Source: Squalus acanthias
Lineage: Eukaryota
Length of the DNA: 64,000 nucleotides
Direction: 5' to 3'
Assembly: GCA_030390025.1 (NCBI GenBank)
Contig: CM059431.1
Location: 134,294,001-134,358,000 of the forward strand
Of the stretch, positions 49,751-63,900 are shown piece after piece. How positions within the stretch are numbered: the first letter of the stretch is position 1; each line of letters starts with the position of its first letter. A program made the translations under genes and the position numbers. The notes beneath the pieces are model-generated. The model had not been told where the DNA came from. It saw only the letters and a program-made list of their open reading frames with translations, and made no database searches.

Positions 49751-50174
49751 TGTGTCATCTCCCTACTTTTCTCCTAAATCGTATTTTGATTTGGCACTTT
49801 GCTGTCATGGTTTATAGTAATTAATAGAATTTATAAGGGTTACCCTGTTGGTGTAACTGGATCCCCTCTACCATGTAAGGCAGCTCCAGTTTATTTATAT
49901 CTCCTGAACATTTGCAGATGTTGTAATTCAATACTTTTTATGGTTTGCTAGTTTCAGCCAATTCCTATTCTAGGATGTTGTTTTCCCGTTAGACACACCT
50001 CCAACTCTCAAACACAAGTTAGACAATTCTTTTGATTACCCGTTAGTCATTTTTCAAAAATCATTTGTCTATCTAAACTAGTTTCTTGAACTCTCGAGCT
50101 TAGATTTTTCCAATTATGGTTGCAGTTTACACCCAAAATAGGTTTCTAACCAATGACACAATTGTGAACTATTT

Positions 50175-50818
50175 GGCCTGGAGTTTCCGCCGTGGCTACA
50201 ACCCTGAAGTTCGATCTGATGTCAGAAAATGCCCAAGTATCCTCCCAATCTCATTAGAATACACCTGAACTTAAAATAAGCATAAATTGGGGGCCAATGA
50301 AACGCTGAGCCCACAACAGTATATTTCTTCATTGAGTCTTAAAATTTAAGTTTCAACTCATTTAACTATCATTCAGGCACAGCATGTTTAAGAACCTACA
50401 ATCAGTAATGCTTTTCAATTCTTAATGTATGCCATAAAAATGCATTAAAAGAAACAGAAAATACAGAGCAGGTCTCTGCCGATACATTAAAAACGCTCAA
50501 AACTTAAATTAAATGACCAGAAAATTTTACTTTGTTTCCTACTGCACCTGAAAATCTGGTCGCAATGTTGAGACCACCCACGACCAAACGCAATTGGAGG
50601 ATACTTGTGTTCGAGAGTTGGAGGCGTGGTCAATTTTGTGGCTGGAGATTTGATCAGACTGAAGGTTTGATGGATGGAAAAGATCTTGGACTTGGGCATA
50701 TCCAAAATTCTGTATAACTCACTTGCGCCCAAAATTGCACGCTCTTTTAAGTCACGTAATTGGTTTGTGGCCAGATTACAGGTGTATCTGGGCGCAAACA
50801 TGGAGGATACCCAGGGCC
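50175..50818. mobile_element. Degenerate TIR MITE related to 48394-49080
   Basis: GGCCTGGAGTTTCC...GGATACCCAGGGCC termini. Confidence 0.5.
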
Positions 50819-51149
50819 TCTAAATCCAATTTTCTGAGGTCTGTTCACTGACACAAGTATGCATAGCTCCAGGTGCAGATTTAGATGTGTGCAGGGACAC
50901 ACGTGGTGGGACAGAAAATTGTGCATCAGTGAAATTTTAAAAGGCTGGGGACTATTAAAGGGGAGCATCACAATAAGATGAAAAATAATTATGAAAGGTT
51001 CAAGAAACTAGTTTCAATCGACAAATGTTTTTTCAAAGATTTGTAACAGGCAAGCAAAAACTTTGAAAGCAACATCCTGGAGTAAGAATTGTCTGAAACC
51101 AAAGAGCCATCAAAACAAAATTGTGAATCTCACCACATGACACATCAAT

Positions 51150-53460
51150 TGATGTCAAGGGCAGTAACTCTCCTGTCACCTCTTTTGTCCCTGTTTGGAC
51201 CAAAGCTGTAATGAGGTCTGGAGCCAAGTGGTCTTAGCGGAACCCAAACTGAACATTGGTGAGCAGGTTATTGGTGAGTAAGTGCCACTTGATAGCACTG
51301 TCGACAACACTTTCCATCACTGCTGATCATTGAGAGTAGGCTGATGGGGTGGTAATTGGCTGGATTGGATTTGTCCTGCTTTTTGTGGACAGGACATACC
51401 TGGGCAATTTACCACTTTGTCTGGTAGATGCCAGTGTTGTAGCTGTACTGGAACAGCGTGGCTAGTTCTGGAGCACAAGTCTTCAGCACTGTGGCCGGGT
51501 GTTGTCGAGGTCCATAGCCTTTGCTGTATCCTTTTCGTATCACATTGAGTGAATCTAATTGGCTGAAGACTGGCTTTTGTGATGGTGGGGACCTCAGGAG
51601 GAGGCCGAGGTGGATCATCCACTCGGCACTTCTGGCTGAAGATGGTTGCAAATGCTTTAGCCTTGTCTTTTGCACTCGTGCAGGGATCCGCCATCATTGA
51701 GGATGGGGATGTTCAGGAGCATCCACCTCCCGTTCATGTTTAATTGCCCACCACCATTCACGACTGGATGTGGCAGGACTGCAGAACTTTGATCTGATCT
51801 GTTGGTTGTGGGATCGCTTAGCTTTTTCTATAGCATGCTGCTTCCACTGTTTAGCATGCATGTAGTCCTGTGTTGTAGCTTCACCAGGTTGGCACTTCAT
51901 TTTTAGGTACACCTGGTGCTGCTCCTGGCATGCTCTTCTACATGCTTCATTGAATGAGGGTTGGTCCTCTGGCTTGATGGTAATAGTAGAGCGAGGGATA
52001 TGCCGGGCCATGAAGTTACAGATTGTGGTGGTATACAATTCTGCTGCTGCTGAAGGCCCACAGCATCTCATGGATGCCCAGTTTTGAGCTGCTAGATCTG
52101 TTTTAAATCTATCCCATTTAATATGGTAATAGTGCCACACAACACGATGGAGGGTGTCCTTCGTGTGAAGACAGGACTTCGTCTCTTCAAATACTGTGTG
52201 GTGGTCACTGCTACCACTACTGTCATGGACAGATTCATCTGTGACGGGTAGATTGGTGGTGATTAGGTCAAGTAGGTTTTTCTCTCGTGTTGGTTCTTTT
52301 GCAATCTGCCACAGGCTCAGTCTGGCAGCTATGTTCTCACGACTTGGCCATTTTTTTTATTCGCTTATGGGATGTGGGCGTCTCTGGCAAGGCCAGCATT
52401 TATTGCCCATCCCTAATTGCCCTTGAGAAGGTGGTGGTGAGCCACCTTCTTGAACCGCTGCAGTCCGTGTGGTGAATGTACTCCCACAGTGCTGTTAGGT
52501 AGGGAGTTCTAGGATTTTGACCCAGCGACGATGAAGGATCGGCGATATACTTCTACGTCAGGATGGTGTGTGACTTGGAGGTGGTTGTGCTCCCATGTGC
52601 CTGCTGCCCTTCTCTTCCACCTAGAAGGACGTCGCGGGTTTGGGAGGTGCTGCCGAAGAAACCTTGGCGAGTTGCTGCAGTGCAGCTCAGTCAGTAGTGG
52701 TGCTACCATCTTGGTGATGGACATTGAAAAGTTGGCAATGGACATTGAAATGCCCCCAACCAGGAGTACATTTTGTGCCCCTGCTGCCCTCCGTGCTTCT
52801 TCCAAGTGATGTTCAACATGATGGCATACTGATTCATCAGCTGAGGGAGGGTGGTAGGTGGTAATCTGCAGGAGGTTTCCTTGCCCATGCTTGATCTGAT
52901 GCCATGAGACTCATGGGTTCCAGACCCAATGTTGAGGACTCCCAGGGCTACTCCTTCCTGACTGTATACCACTGTGCTGCCACCTCTGGTGGGTCTGACC
53001 TGCCGGTGGGACAGGAAATACCCAGGGATTGTGATGGAGCCTGGAATGTTGGCTGAAAGGTATGATTCTGTGTGCATGACTTTGTCAGGCTTGACTAGTC
53101 TGGGCCAGCTCTCCCAATTTTGGTACAAGTCCCCAGATGTTAGTAAGGAGGACTTTGCAGGGTTGACTGGGCTGGGTGTGCCTTTGCCATGTCCGAATCC
53201 GGTGCCTAGTTCGATGCTGGGTGGTCTATCTGGTTTTATTCTCAATGTTTTTCCTAGCGGTTTGATGCAACTGAGTGGCTTGCTAGGCCATTTCAAATGG
53301 TAGTTAAGAGTCAGTCACATTGCTGTGGATCTGGAATTACACATAGGCCAGACCGGGTAAGGACAGCAGATTTCCTTCCCTAAAGGAACATAGTGAACCA
53401 GATGCGTTTTTACGACAGTTCAATAGTTGAATGGACACCATTACCGATGCTAGCTTTTGA
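51150..53460 (-). mobile_element. Decayed LINE (CR1/L2-like) 5' half, with an inserted LINE 3' tail at about 52350-52690
   Basis: Fragments TESYLS, RPTRGGSTVVYS, KDKAKAFATIFSQKC, VLKTCAPELA. Confidence 0.7.
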
Positions 53461-53990
53461 TTCCTTATTTATTTAATTAACTTTATCTAATTATGTAATA
53501 TAGGAAACATTGCCAGGGAGGTGTGTCTGCAGGTATGGATAGTGGCGTCTTAGCTGATTATGGAGTGTTGCCCTGACATATCTTCTTTCATGCAGTGCGA
53601 ATTGAAAGCAAGGTGTGTTGTTACTGGGGTGTTTCTTTGGAAGCACCCAACATTGGTTTTAGTCAGCAATTCACAATTCATCTTGGCTTCTGCTGGAAAT
53701 AGGAATCCTAGTAGTCTGCCAAAACAAATTATATTCTCCTCTCTGCAATGTGAGTGTTCAAGTGCCAGTGCGTGAACAAGAACACCTTGTGTGTAGTTTA
53801 TTTTCCTCCCTCCTTTCCCCTTCTTGCCTCCCTTGACCACGGTGTGCCCCCCCCCCCCCCCCCCCACCCCATATAACAAGTGACTTCACTTCAAAAGTAC
53901 TTCATTGACTGTGAAGAGATGTCCAGTGGTCGTGAAAAGCGCTATATAAATGCAAATCTCTCTTTTCTCTCCCCCCCCCCCTCTTTCTCT

Positions 53991-54023
<33 letters not shown>

Positions 54024-54305
54024 TCTTCCCTCCTTTCCCTCCTAGAGGGATTCATATTGGTGTTTGGGCAAAAAAGTTAGAACATTTGGTGACGGGCTTA
54101 TGCGAACATAAATGCTAGCAGAAAAAAAATGGTTGGTGTCTTACCTTAGCATTACCTAGTCCTTTGCCTGCAATTACATAGAAATCCTAGTTGCCCATTT
54201 CATGTGGGCATGATTGTAAATGGACCTTCTGCATGCCTGAATATAAGGGAATGTTCCTGCTCCTCAATTAATAAGTAAATAAGTTGCCTTTTTTTAAACC
54301 GAGTG

Positions 54306-54756
54306 ACTGCTGCCAACGAACAAGAAGCTGCGCAGAAGCGTTCTGCGCATAAATATGTGGGTTTAATTATGAATGTATAATATCCTAATATCGCATGAAT
54401 CTATGGCGCTCTGGGTGGTTTTAATGTATAATATCGCGAGTTGGTTTAAGTATTCTATAATAATTTCGCCGGGGGGGGGGGGTTCGGAGATTTATTTGTT
54501 TAAAGCGCGAGCTCCGTGTGAAAGGAAAGGAGAAGAAAATTAATAAAAATGGACGTTTGTTGAGTATTGCTGGCGCAGATTTTCTTTTCCTGATGCGGCT
54601 CTGTTTGGCAGTTATGATCTCTGTCCCCACCCCTCCCCTCCTTTCTCTCTGAAGTGTTTTCTTTGTGATGGCGACAATATTTTCTTCAGTTAGCGAAGAA
54701 CCAAAAAGACCACTGAAACTGCACATGCGCAACTACTTCATTTCGTTGGCAGCAGT
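54306..54756. mobile_element. TIR-bounded MITE, superfamily unassigned
   Basis: Perfect 15-bp inverted repeat ACTGCTGCCAACGAA at 54306-54320 and 54742-54756, extending imperfectly to about 30 bp. Confidence 0.65.
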
Positions 54757-54944
54757 TGTGTCCTTTTTCAGTGGGCACTAATTCTTCGCCAACAGAAAAT
54801 TGCATGTGACAAAGTGGCTGGTATATCTTTACGCAATTTTCAAATCTGGCAATCCCATTCAGAAAATACGTCCTTCAAACAATTGTTGTAAAATGTATCT
54901 TGCATTGTAGCATAGGGATTTAAAAAATTTATACAGCTTTAAGC

Positions 54945-56565
54945 ATCCCAATAATTGATAATCAAGGGGCTATAGGGAGGGAGGAACTTAAAACTATCAC
55001 TAGAGGAAAAAGTACTAGGCATACTAATGGGACTAAAGGGTGACAAGTCCCCTGGACCTGATGGCCTGCATCCTAGGGTCTTAAAAGAAGTGGCTGCAGA
55101 GATAGTGGATGCATTGGTTGTAATCTACCAAAATTCCCTGGATTTTGGAGAGCTCCCAACGGATTGGAAAACCGCAAATGTAACGCCCCTATTCAAGAAA
55201 GGAGGGAGACAGAAAGCAGGAAACTATAGGCCAGTTAGCCTAACACTGTCATTGGGAAAATGCCAGAATCCATTATTAAAGAAGTAATAGCAGGACATTT
55301 AGAAAATCATAATACAATCAAGCAGAGTCAACATGGTTTTATGAAAGGGAAATCGTGTTTAACAAATTTACTAGAGTTCTTTTGAGGATATAACGAGCAG
55401 GGTGGATAAAGGGGAACCAGTAGATGTAGTGTATTTGGATTTTCAGAAGGCATTCGACAAGGTGCCACATAAAAGGTTACTGCACAAGATAAGAGCTCAC
55501 GGGGTTGGGGGTAATATATTAGCATGGATAGAGAATTGGTTAACCAACAGGAAACAGAGTTGGGATAAATGGGTAATTTTCAGGTTGGCAAACTGTAACT
55601 AGTGGGGTGCCACAGGGATCTATATTAATGACTTGGATGAAGGGACTGAGTACCTTAGCCAAATTTGCTGATGATACAAAGATAGGTGGGAAAGCAAGTT
55701 GTGAGGAGGACACAAAGTCTGCAAAGGGATATAGATAGATTAAGTGAGTGGAGTGGGCAAAAATTTGGCAGATGGTGTATAATATGGGAAAATGTGAGGT
55801 TATCCACTTTGGTAGGAAGAATAAAAAAGCAAATTATTATTTAAATGGAGAGACTACAAAATGCTGCGGTACAGTGCGATCTGGGGGTCCTTGTACATGA
55901 AACACAAAGTTAGCATGCAAGTACAGCAAGTATTTAGGAAGGCAAATGGAATGTTGGCCTTTATTGCAAGGGGGATGGAGTATAAAAGTAGGGAAGTCTT
56001 GCTACAACTGTACAGGGTGCTGGTGAGACCACAGTTTTGGTCTCCTTATTTAAGGAGGGATATACTTGCATTGGAGGCAGTTCAGAGGAGGTTCACCTAG
56101 GTTGATTCCTGAGATGAAGGGGTTGTCTTATGAAGGCAGGTTGGGCCTACACTCATTGGAGTTTAGAAGAATGAGAGGTGATCTTATTGAAACGTATAAG
56201 ATTCTGAGGGGGCTTGACAGGGTAGATGCAAGGAGGATGTTCCCCTCGTGGGGGAATCTAGAACTAGGGGACATAGTTTCAGAATAAGGGGTCACCCATT
56301 TAAAACGGTGATGAGGAGGAATTTCTTCTGAGGGTCGTGAATCTTTGGAATTCTTTCCCCCAGAGAGCTGTGGAGGTGGAGTCATTGAATATATTCAAGG
56401 CGGAGATGGACAGATATTTGAGCTTCAGGGGAGTCTCGAGTTACGGGGAGCGGGCGGGAAAGTGGAGTTGAGGCCAAGATCAGATCAGTCGTGATCTTAT
56501 TGAATGGTGGTGCAGGCTCGAGGGGCCAAATGGCCTACTCCTGCTCCTATTTCTTATGTTCTTAA
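54945..56565 (+). mobile_element. CR1 LINE RT and 3' end
   Basis: [28 protein letters not shown]; 3' UTR ending TTCTTATGTTCTT. Confidence 0.92.
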
Positions 56566-56837
56566 TTGTAATGTGACAATCTAAATTTTATATTTCAGAG
56601 GCTCCAATTAGTTCAAGTATATTTTACCAAAAATACTTGTATTGTTATGTGCTTTCTGCTCTCTTTTTCTCCTCCTTTCCCTCCCCCACCCGTTTCCTCT
56701 TGGAAGAAAATCCTTCCTAGACACAGCCAATCTGATTGAATTGGACCCTTATCACTTCTTTTCAGGTACCTATATTGATTTGTAAAGTGTCTGATACTCC
56801 AGTTTTTAAATTAATATATTTTTTGATGTTTTTTCAG

Positions 56838-56948
56838 GAATAGAAGGTGGTATAAATGCTGAAGTTGAGAAGCACCTTGAAATGGGGAAGAAACTACTAG
56901 CTGCAGGACAGTTAGCAGATGCATTGTCTCATTTTCATGCTGCTGTAG
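56838..56948 (+). CDS. DNAJC3: DNAJC3 coding exon 2 (start of TPR1)
   Basis: ttttcag|(G)IEGGINAEVEKHLEMGKKLLAAGQLADALSHFHAAV|gtatg. 111 nt, phase 1/1. Confidence 0.97.
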
Positions 56949-57633
56949 GTATGTGTTTGTTGGAAATGTACTGTTGTAGCAGTGCCGCAATTTTTCTTTG
57001 AACCTTTTTGAGAACGAAATGACTTTTAATTGTTAAAATGTTGTGAATTATGTGTCTCTATTAAACAATAACTGTTACATTAAATGTTGATATGGCTACC
57101 ACCTAGTGCAATTAAATTACTTGTGGAAGGGTTCCAAAAAGGATTTGCTCAATTTCTTATCGAGCAAGGAATAAATGGATCTCTGTTTGGAATATGATAA
57201 TCCTAAAGATTAACATGTTCCTCATCCTTTCATATATTTTGTCAGCCTCTTTCTACACACTCAAGTTAGTGTGCTTCAAACCAAAAACTTTCCATAAGTC
57301 ACATTTTTCCTCCAAACTTTCTTGCCTATATAAGTGAGATGCTCCATAGCTAATTTAGCCATATCCATAATAAGTTGTGTATCGCACACATTTCCTGTAA
57401 TGTCACATTGATGATTGGCACAAAGTAAAACAGTAGCAAAATTGAACTGAAAAAGTAGAGAACCTGAATCAAAGGTAAGGAAAGTGGTTGGGATATTACT
57501 ACAGACCTATGGAAGCAAACAATCCCAAATGACCACTTACCAATAAAAGAAAGGAGAGGATAAACCAATCCATCACCAAAACATTTTTTGAAATATTTTT
57601 GTGTGCCAGTTTTCTTGGTAACTAAAACATGTA

Positions 57634-58023
57634 CAGGAAACTTTTGTTTATCCGGCACCCAAATATCCGGAATTCTCGCTTAACCGGCAAAAATCATCCT
57701 CCGAAAACTCCTCTCAAATAACCGGCAATGTTGCCGAGTCGCAGTCGAGTCTCCGCGAACGCCGAGTGCTCCGAAAACTCCTCTCAAATAACCGGCAATG
57801 TTGCCGATCCCGAGTCCGCGAACGCCGATTTAGTCAGTAGGGGTAGTTTTCAAAAGTGCCACTACTCGGCCTCCTGGCGCTGTCGGAAGTATACTGCACA
57901 TTTCTTGATTGATTTATTTTTCTTTGTTAAAAATAGCCTCGGTAGATATAACTCTCCGTTATCCGGTACTTTCGATAAGCCGGCACCATGCCGGTCCCGT
58001 CGGTGCTGGTTAATAGTTTCCTG
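57634..58023. mobile_element. Tc1/mariner (pogo/Tigger-like) MITE
   Basis: TA-CAGGAAACT...AGTTTCCTG-TA termini; internal direct duplication of about 39 bp; TTATCCGG-like subterminal motifs as in 12012-12273. Confidence 0.8.
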
Positions 58024-60394
58024 TAATGGCCAAAAGAGCAACCTAAAACTATAGAATTGCCGTGTTTTTACTTGAAGACATCGGCCTCGTTCAAAGCCTG
58101 GGTTTGGATTTATTAACTTTACCGAGAGTTGTGACTCTTAACTGAAGGCCAATCCTGCAATCTGAGCGTGGGCAGTACTCCTCATTTCCCATGATGCATC
58201 AGTAGCATTTATGCCAGCCCAGCTGATGGAAATGCTTCTCTTCAGAGCGTAAATACTTGTTTGGTTGTCTTTCCAAATTATTTGAAGAAAAGTTAGGGGA
58301 CACATTTTGAAAGCTTTATTCAGGTAAAATGTATATTAAATGTTTTAAGTTAAAGCAGGCAGGCTTTGTGTCTGAAAACATCCACTTCCTGTGACTATTG
58401 ATTGCATACATGTTGCATCTTTTTGTTTTGAATTTTAAACCATCTATGTATTTTTCTCAAGTCATCATGTCCGTGAATAATAGTACTTGTGCGTTTTTGA
58501 AAATTATTTGCATACAAACTGGTTGTATTTGAGTATGTTACAACGAAACTTTTCAATAAAAGCTATTGAGAGAGTAACAGAAGAGGATTGATTTCTTAAG
58601 TAAATGAATTGAATACTATTCAGGCACACTGGCTCTGCTTTTCATCTGTGTTGTTGATCAGAAAATGTAAATGTGCCACTTCGTGACAGCGTTCCATTTA
58701 GTGACAGTAAGCAACACATGTACAGGAATTAGTCTCAAAACTGAATTCAGTGTTTACAGAAATCTCATATTTACAAACTAGTGCTCCAAGGCCTATGTCA
58801 TTTTTCTTTCTCTCTCTCTTCCTTCCCCCCCACCCCAACTGCTGCTGACAGACCAATGAATCCATCAGTTAGTCAAACTCTACATTTGATCCCTTTTAGT
58901 TGTGTGAACCTCAGGCTCCCCCCTTCAACAATGGTGCCAGAATACAGGACACCTCTTGAGTTCTGCCAAACTCCAGCCCCCACCCCCCCCCCCCAACCTC
59001 TCCCTGCCTGTGTTACAAAACCTGAGGCGTGATGACCCCACGCCCCCCCGGCCCCGTACTGCTAAACTTCAAGTACCTATCTCCAACTGGCATACCATCT
59101 TTCTCTTTATCTTCAACTTAAAAATGGTAAGGGATGAGAAAAATTGTATATACTTCAGTAAAGGAAGGTAAATGTGTGTATGTATGTGTAATAATATGGA
59201 ATTCAAATCTTGAAGCAGTAGTGGAAGTCTGCTGCCATGCCCTGCCCTCCCCCCTCGTTTCTTTACCCCACCCTCTCTCCACTTTTTTTTTGCTCCTGCC
59301 AAAAACTGTGGTTTGCTTCAGTTCACTATTTTTCCCCTTAAATTTTGTTGTTGCACCCATCCTAAATTAAATTTAAATTCCTAAAATTTGGTGAGGTAGA
59401 GGTGAATAATGTTGCCCTGTATCTTCTCCAATATGAAAGTAGTAAACATATTGGTATAGCCTGAGCTGACTTAACTTTGGCTATTTGAAGTTGAAAGGTG
59501 TTTTTTGGAGAACCAATTTGGTTGTTCTGTGGATCACACCGATTCTGAGGTTTGTTGTGCTAACAGTGTACTTGCTTTGAATGGCAAACCAAAATATTTG
59601 AGCACAGTACATTCTTGGGAGCACAGTTTAATAGCTTTTTCCTAAGTTTAAATTGAGATACTCACCAGCTTCTGTGTTGTGATCTCTGGAAATTCCTAGC
59701 AGTCAGTATGTTGGTTGAGATGGTATAGCATTAGGTCTTGAGTAACAGTACAGTGGAGGTGTGCCATTTGCAGTCTGAGTCAAATGCAAATTGTCTTTAG
59801 CATTAGGAATAAAAGAAAGTATACACAGTGAATTTGTGTGAAGAGTAGTAGACAAATGGGACAGCATGTCCCATAAACAGTCATGAGATGTTGTTCAGTT
59901 TTTGGTGGTACAGCATTGGTTGAGTGAGAAATGTCTGAGGACATGGGCAAAATTCTTGCTCTTAATGCCATGGGACTTTTAATGGCCACTGGAACAGGCA
60001 GATAGGGTCTTTGTTTAATGTCATCAAAAGGATGGCACCACCAGTGCATTGCTGAGGAAGTGTTGCATTGTCTGAAGTGTCAAGCTTGATTATAATGCTC
60101 CGACTCCTCAGTCTACTCCAGGACTTGGACACATAATTCAGGTTGACACTCCATAATAATGTGCTGCGGGATTACTGCATTGTTGGAGGAGTTGTCCTTT
60201 GAAATGTGAAATCAAGGGCCTGTCTACTGTTCTTTGGTTGAAGTGGACATTAACAATCTTTAGGTAGAAATTCATCAGCACCCGGTTTGTTTGTGAAGGC
60301 AATGATGCAGTTGCTACGTGCTCCTGAACCAGGAGGCCTGAGGCCGGCCCAAAATTGGGCCTCGGGCCTCATGTAAATAATCTGGATGATCTTG

Positions 60395-60790
60395 TCCTGG
60401 GATTGTTCTCCATAGAGCAGAGAAGATTGAGAGGAGATTTGATAAAGATGTTCAAAATCCTGAGGGGTCTGGACAGAGTAGATAGAGAGAAACTGTTCCC
60501 ATTGGCAGAAGGCTCAAGAACTAGAGGACACAGAATTAAGGTGAAAGAACCAAAGGCAACAGAAGAAAAAACTTTTTTACGCAGCGAGTGTTTAGGATCT
60601 GGAATGCACTGCCTGAAAGGTTGGTGGAGGCAAACTCAATTGTGGCTTTCACAAGGGAGTTGGATAACTACCTGAGAGAAAAACATTTGCAGGGCTACGG
60701 GGAAAGGGCGGGGGAGTGGGACTAGCAGAGGGCCGGCACTGGCTCAATGGGCCGAATGGCCGCTTTCTGTGCTGTAACCATTCTATGATG
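60395..60790 (+). mobile_element. CR1 3' fragment
   Basis: LGLFSIEQRRLRGDLI...SRTRGH. Confidence 0.85.
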
Positions 60791-62032
60791 CAGGTAAATG
60801 CCAGGAGTGGGGCCGGTTGCGGCTGTCAGAAGTGCTGTGGAGTTGGGAGGTGGACTCCTGCAAGGGTATTGGGGGTTACGGAAGCAAGGCTGGTAGATGG
60901 AGTTAAGATACAGATCAGCCACAATCTAATTGAAGGCTTACTCCTGTTCCCATATTCCTTGTTCCTATGAATTTAAAAAAAAAACCGCATGGCTCCTGTT
61001 TTCTACGCCGCCATGCCATGAAAACCTGAGGTAGACACTGGGCAGCCCAATTTCTCAAGGGGCCCTAAAATAGTTATGCAAGAGGCAGCCACCCTGGATG
61101 ACTGAGAATCGTCCGAGGTCAATATGGTGTTGGATGGTTTTCAGGCATCCTTCGAAAACTGATGGAACAATGACTATTTGCATGTTGCTGTCCTGGCTAA
61201 CATTTGTCTCTCAGCTAACACTACCAAAAACTGATTAATTGGTCATCTTGCTCTTGAGCATCCCTGATTTTTTTAATCGCTCCACTATTGGCAGCTGTGC
61301 CTTCAGCTGCCAAGGTCCTAAGCTCTGGAATTTCCTCCCTAAACTTCTTCGCCTCTCTACCTCTCTTTCCTCCTTAAGATGCTACTTAAAATCTACCTCT
61401 TTGACAAAGCTTTTGGTCATCTGCCCGAATCTCCTTATGTGGCTTGGTGTCAAATTTTGTTTGATTAGACTCCTGTGAAGCATTTTGGGATGTTTTACTA
61501 TGTTAAAGGCACTATATAAATAGTTTTTGTTGTTCTTGGCAAAAGGGCACTCATTTTAAACATAATACGCTACTTTTCAAAGTAACATTGCATGCAAAGT
61601 GCTTTTGAGACATTTTGAGATCTGCTACTGAACTACATAAATCGAAATTGTTCTTTTTAATGGTTGGAAAATAGATCCAAGCCCTGTCTGAAACTAGTGC
61701 TTTAAGGAATAAAATTATAGAAGTTGAAAAGTATGTTTTAACACAACCACATTTTGGGTTTGAATAAAATGTGCCTACGTTCCTTTATCATTCTCCTTAC
61801 ATTCCTGATGATAGAAGTGTTGGGTTATGGTTCCACAGATAGTGGCATCTGTCTGATACCTTGGCACATGACTTTTTCATGTATGAATCTGTGGCTTTAT
61901 TGGGCCATTTAACTGGGGTGGGCATCACAGCTGAGTCCCCCCAATAGTGACATGTACTCCTGTGATCATAAGCAGCAGCGTGGGTTGTATTTTTATTTTC
62001 CCTTCTCTCCCTAGCCCAGGAACAATGAAGCC

Positions 62033-63640
62033 ATAGAATGATACAGCACAGAAAGAGGCCAATGTGCCTGTGTCGGCTCTTTGGTAGAGCTATCCAATTA
62101 GTCCCACTCCCTTGCTCTTTCCACATTGCCCTGTTTTTTTCCCTTTCAGGTATTTATCTAATTCCCTTTTGAATGTTATTATTGAATCTGCTTCCACCAC
62201 CCTGCATTTTTAAAGAAAAGTTTCCTCACGTTGCCTCTGGTTCATTTGCCAATCATCTTAAATCTGTATCCTCTGGTTACCCATCATTCTGCCACTGAAA
62301 ACAGTTTCTCCTTATTTACTTGATCAAAACCATTCATGATTGGGTTTACCACCTCCTATCAAATCTCCTCTTAACCTCCTCTGCTCTAAGGAGAACAACC
62401 CCAGCTTCTCCAGTCTCCACATTACTGAATTCCCACATCCCTGGAACCATTCTAGTCAATCTCATCTGCACCCTCTCCAAGGACTTGACATCCTTCCTAA
62501 AGTGTGGTGCCCAGAATTGAACACAATACTCCAGCTGAGGCCTAACCAATGTTTTATAAAGGTTTAGTACAAGTTCTTGCTTTTGCATTCTATTCCTCTA
62601 TTAATAAAGCCAAGAATCCCATAAGCTTTTTTTAACAGCCTTTTCTACTTGTCTTGCCACCTTCAAAGATTTGTGTACATACACAGCCAGGTCTCTGTTC
62701 CTGTACCCCCCTTAAACCTGTACCCCCCCTTTAAAATTGTACCATTTAGTTCATATTGCCTCTCCTCATACTTCTTACCAAAAACTATTACTTCAGACTT
62801 CTCTGCATTAAATTCTATTTGCTGTGTATCTGCCCATTTTACCAGTTTGTCTATGTCCTCCTGAAGTCTGTTACTATCCTCCTCATTGTTAGTAAGCTCC
62901 TCACCTCTGCACCCTTGCCTCTGAGGCAGAAGATTGTGGGTTCAAGTCCCACTCCAGAGACTTGAGCACAAAAAAGTCTAGGCTGCCACTCCAGTGCAGT
63001 ACTGAAGGAGTGCTGCACTGTCTGAAGTGCTGCCTTGCGGGTGAGACGTTAAACCGAGGCCCCGTCTGCTCTCTCAGGTGGACGTAAAAGATCTTGTGGC
63101 ACTATTTCGAAGAAGAGCAGGGGAGTTATCCCCGGTGTCCTGGTCAATATTAATCCTTCAATCAACATAACAAAAACAGATTATCTGGTCATTATCACAT
63201 TGCTGTTTGTGGGAGCTTGCTGAGCACAAATTGGTTGCCACATTTCCTACATTACAACAGTGACTGCACTTCAAGAAGTACTTCCTTGGCTGTAAAGAGC
63301 TTTGGAATGTCTGGTGGTCGTGAAAGGCGCTATATAAATGCAAGTCTTTTACATTTCTGAGTTTCATGTCCTCTGCAAACTTTGAAATTATGCCCTGTAT
63401 ACCCAAGTCCAGGTCATTAATATATTTCAAAAAGAGCAGTTGTCCTAATGCCAATCCCTGAGGAACACCACCCTCCAATCTGAAAAACAACTGTTCACCA
63501 CTACTCTCTGCTTTCTGTCCATTAGCCAATTTTGTAGCTATGCTGCCACTGTCCCTTTAATCCCAGGGGCTTTAATTTTGCTAACAAGTCTATTATGTGG
63601 TACTTTGTCAAACGCCTTTTGAAAGTCCATATGTACATCA
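62033..63640 (-). mobile_element. CR1 3' part interrupted by a SINE
   Basis: LYKTLVRPQLEYCVQFWAP and GVPQG...YINDLD...KFAED fragments on either side of the SINE. Confidence 0.85.
62888..63350 (+). mobile_element. tRNA-derived Deu-domain SINE (SacSINE1-like)
   Basis: B-box GGTTCAAGTCC at 62939-62949. Central GAGACGTTAAACCGAGG...CCCCGGTGTCCTGG resembles the Deu domain. L2-like tail AAAGGCGCTATATAAATGCAAG. Confidence 0.78.
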
Positions 63641-63900
63641 ACCTGCTCTGTTACTTCAATTTGTTCAGTTTCACACTATGTGGTGCATTCAGCTATTGAG
63701 CTACCAGAGGTGTTTATACTTAAAATAATTTTGGTGACCAAATTAAACATGAACTTTGAATAAAATGTAAATAAATTTATATGTAGCAGCAATGTTTAAT
63801 GACCATTTCATCAGGCATAGGATGTCTTTTTATGAGGAGCTTCAGAGTCTTGTTCAAAAAAGATAATCCTTAATTCAACCATGATGGCTTGTGTTTACAG

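Noticed and set aside
53846..54021. Poly-C tracts as functional G-quadruplexes
   Set aside because: Simple homopolymers beside an L2/SINE tail; length is unreliable and there is no further support.
62888..62960. tRNA gene
   Set aside because: Only a decayed tRNA-derived SINE head; I could not build a cloverleaf.
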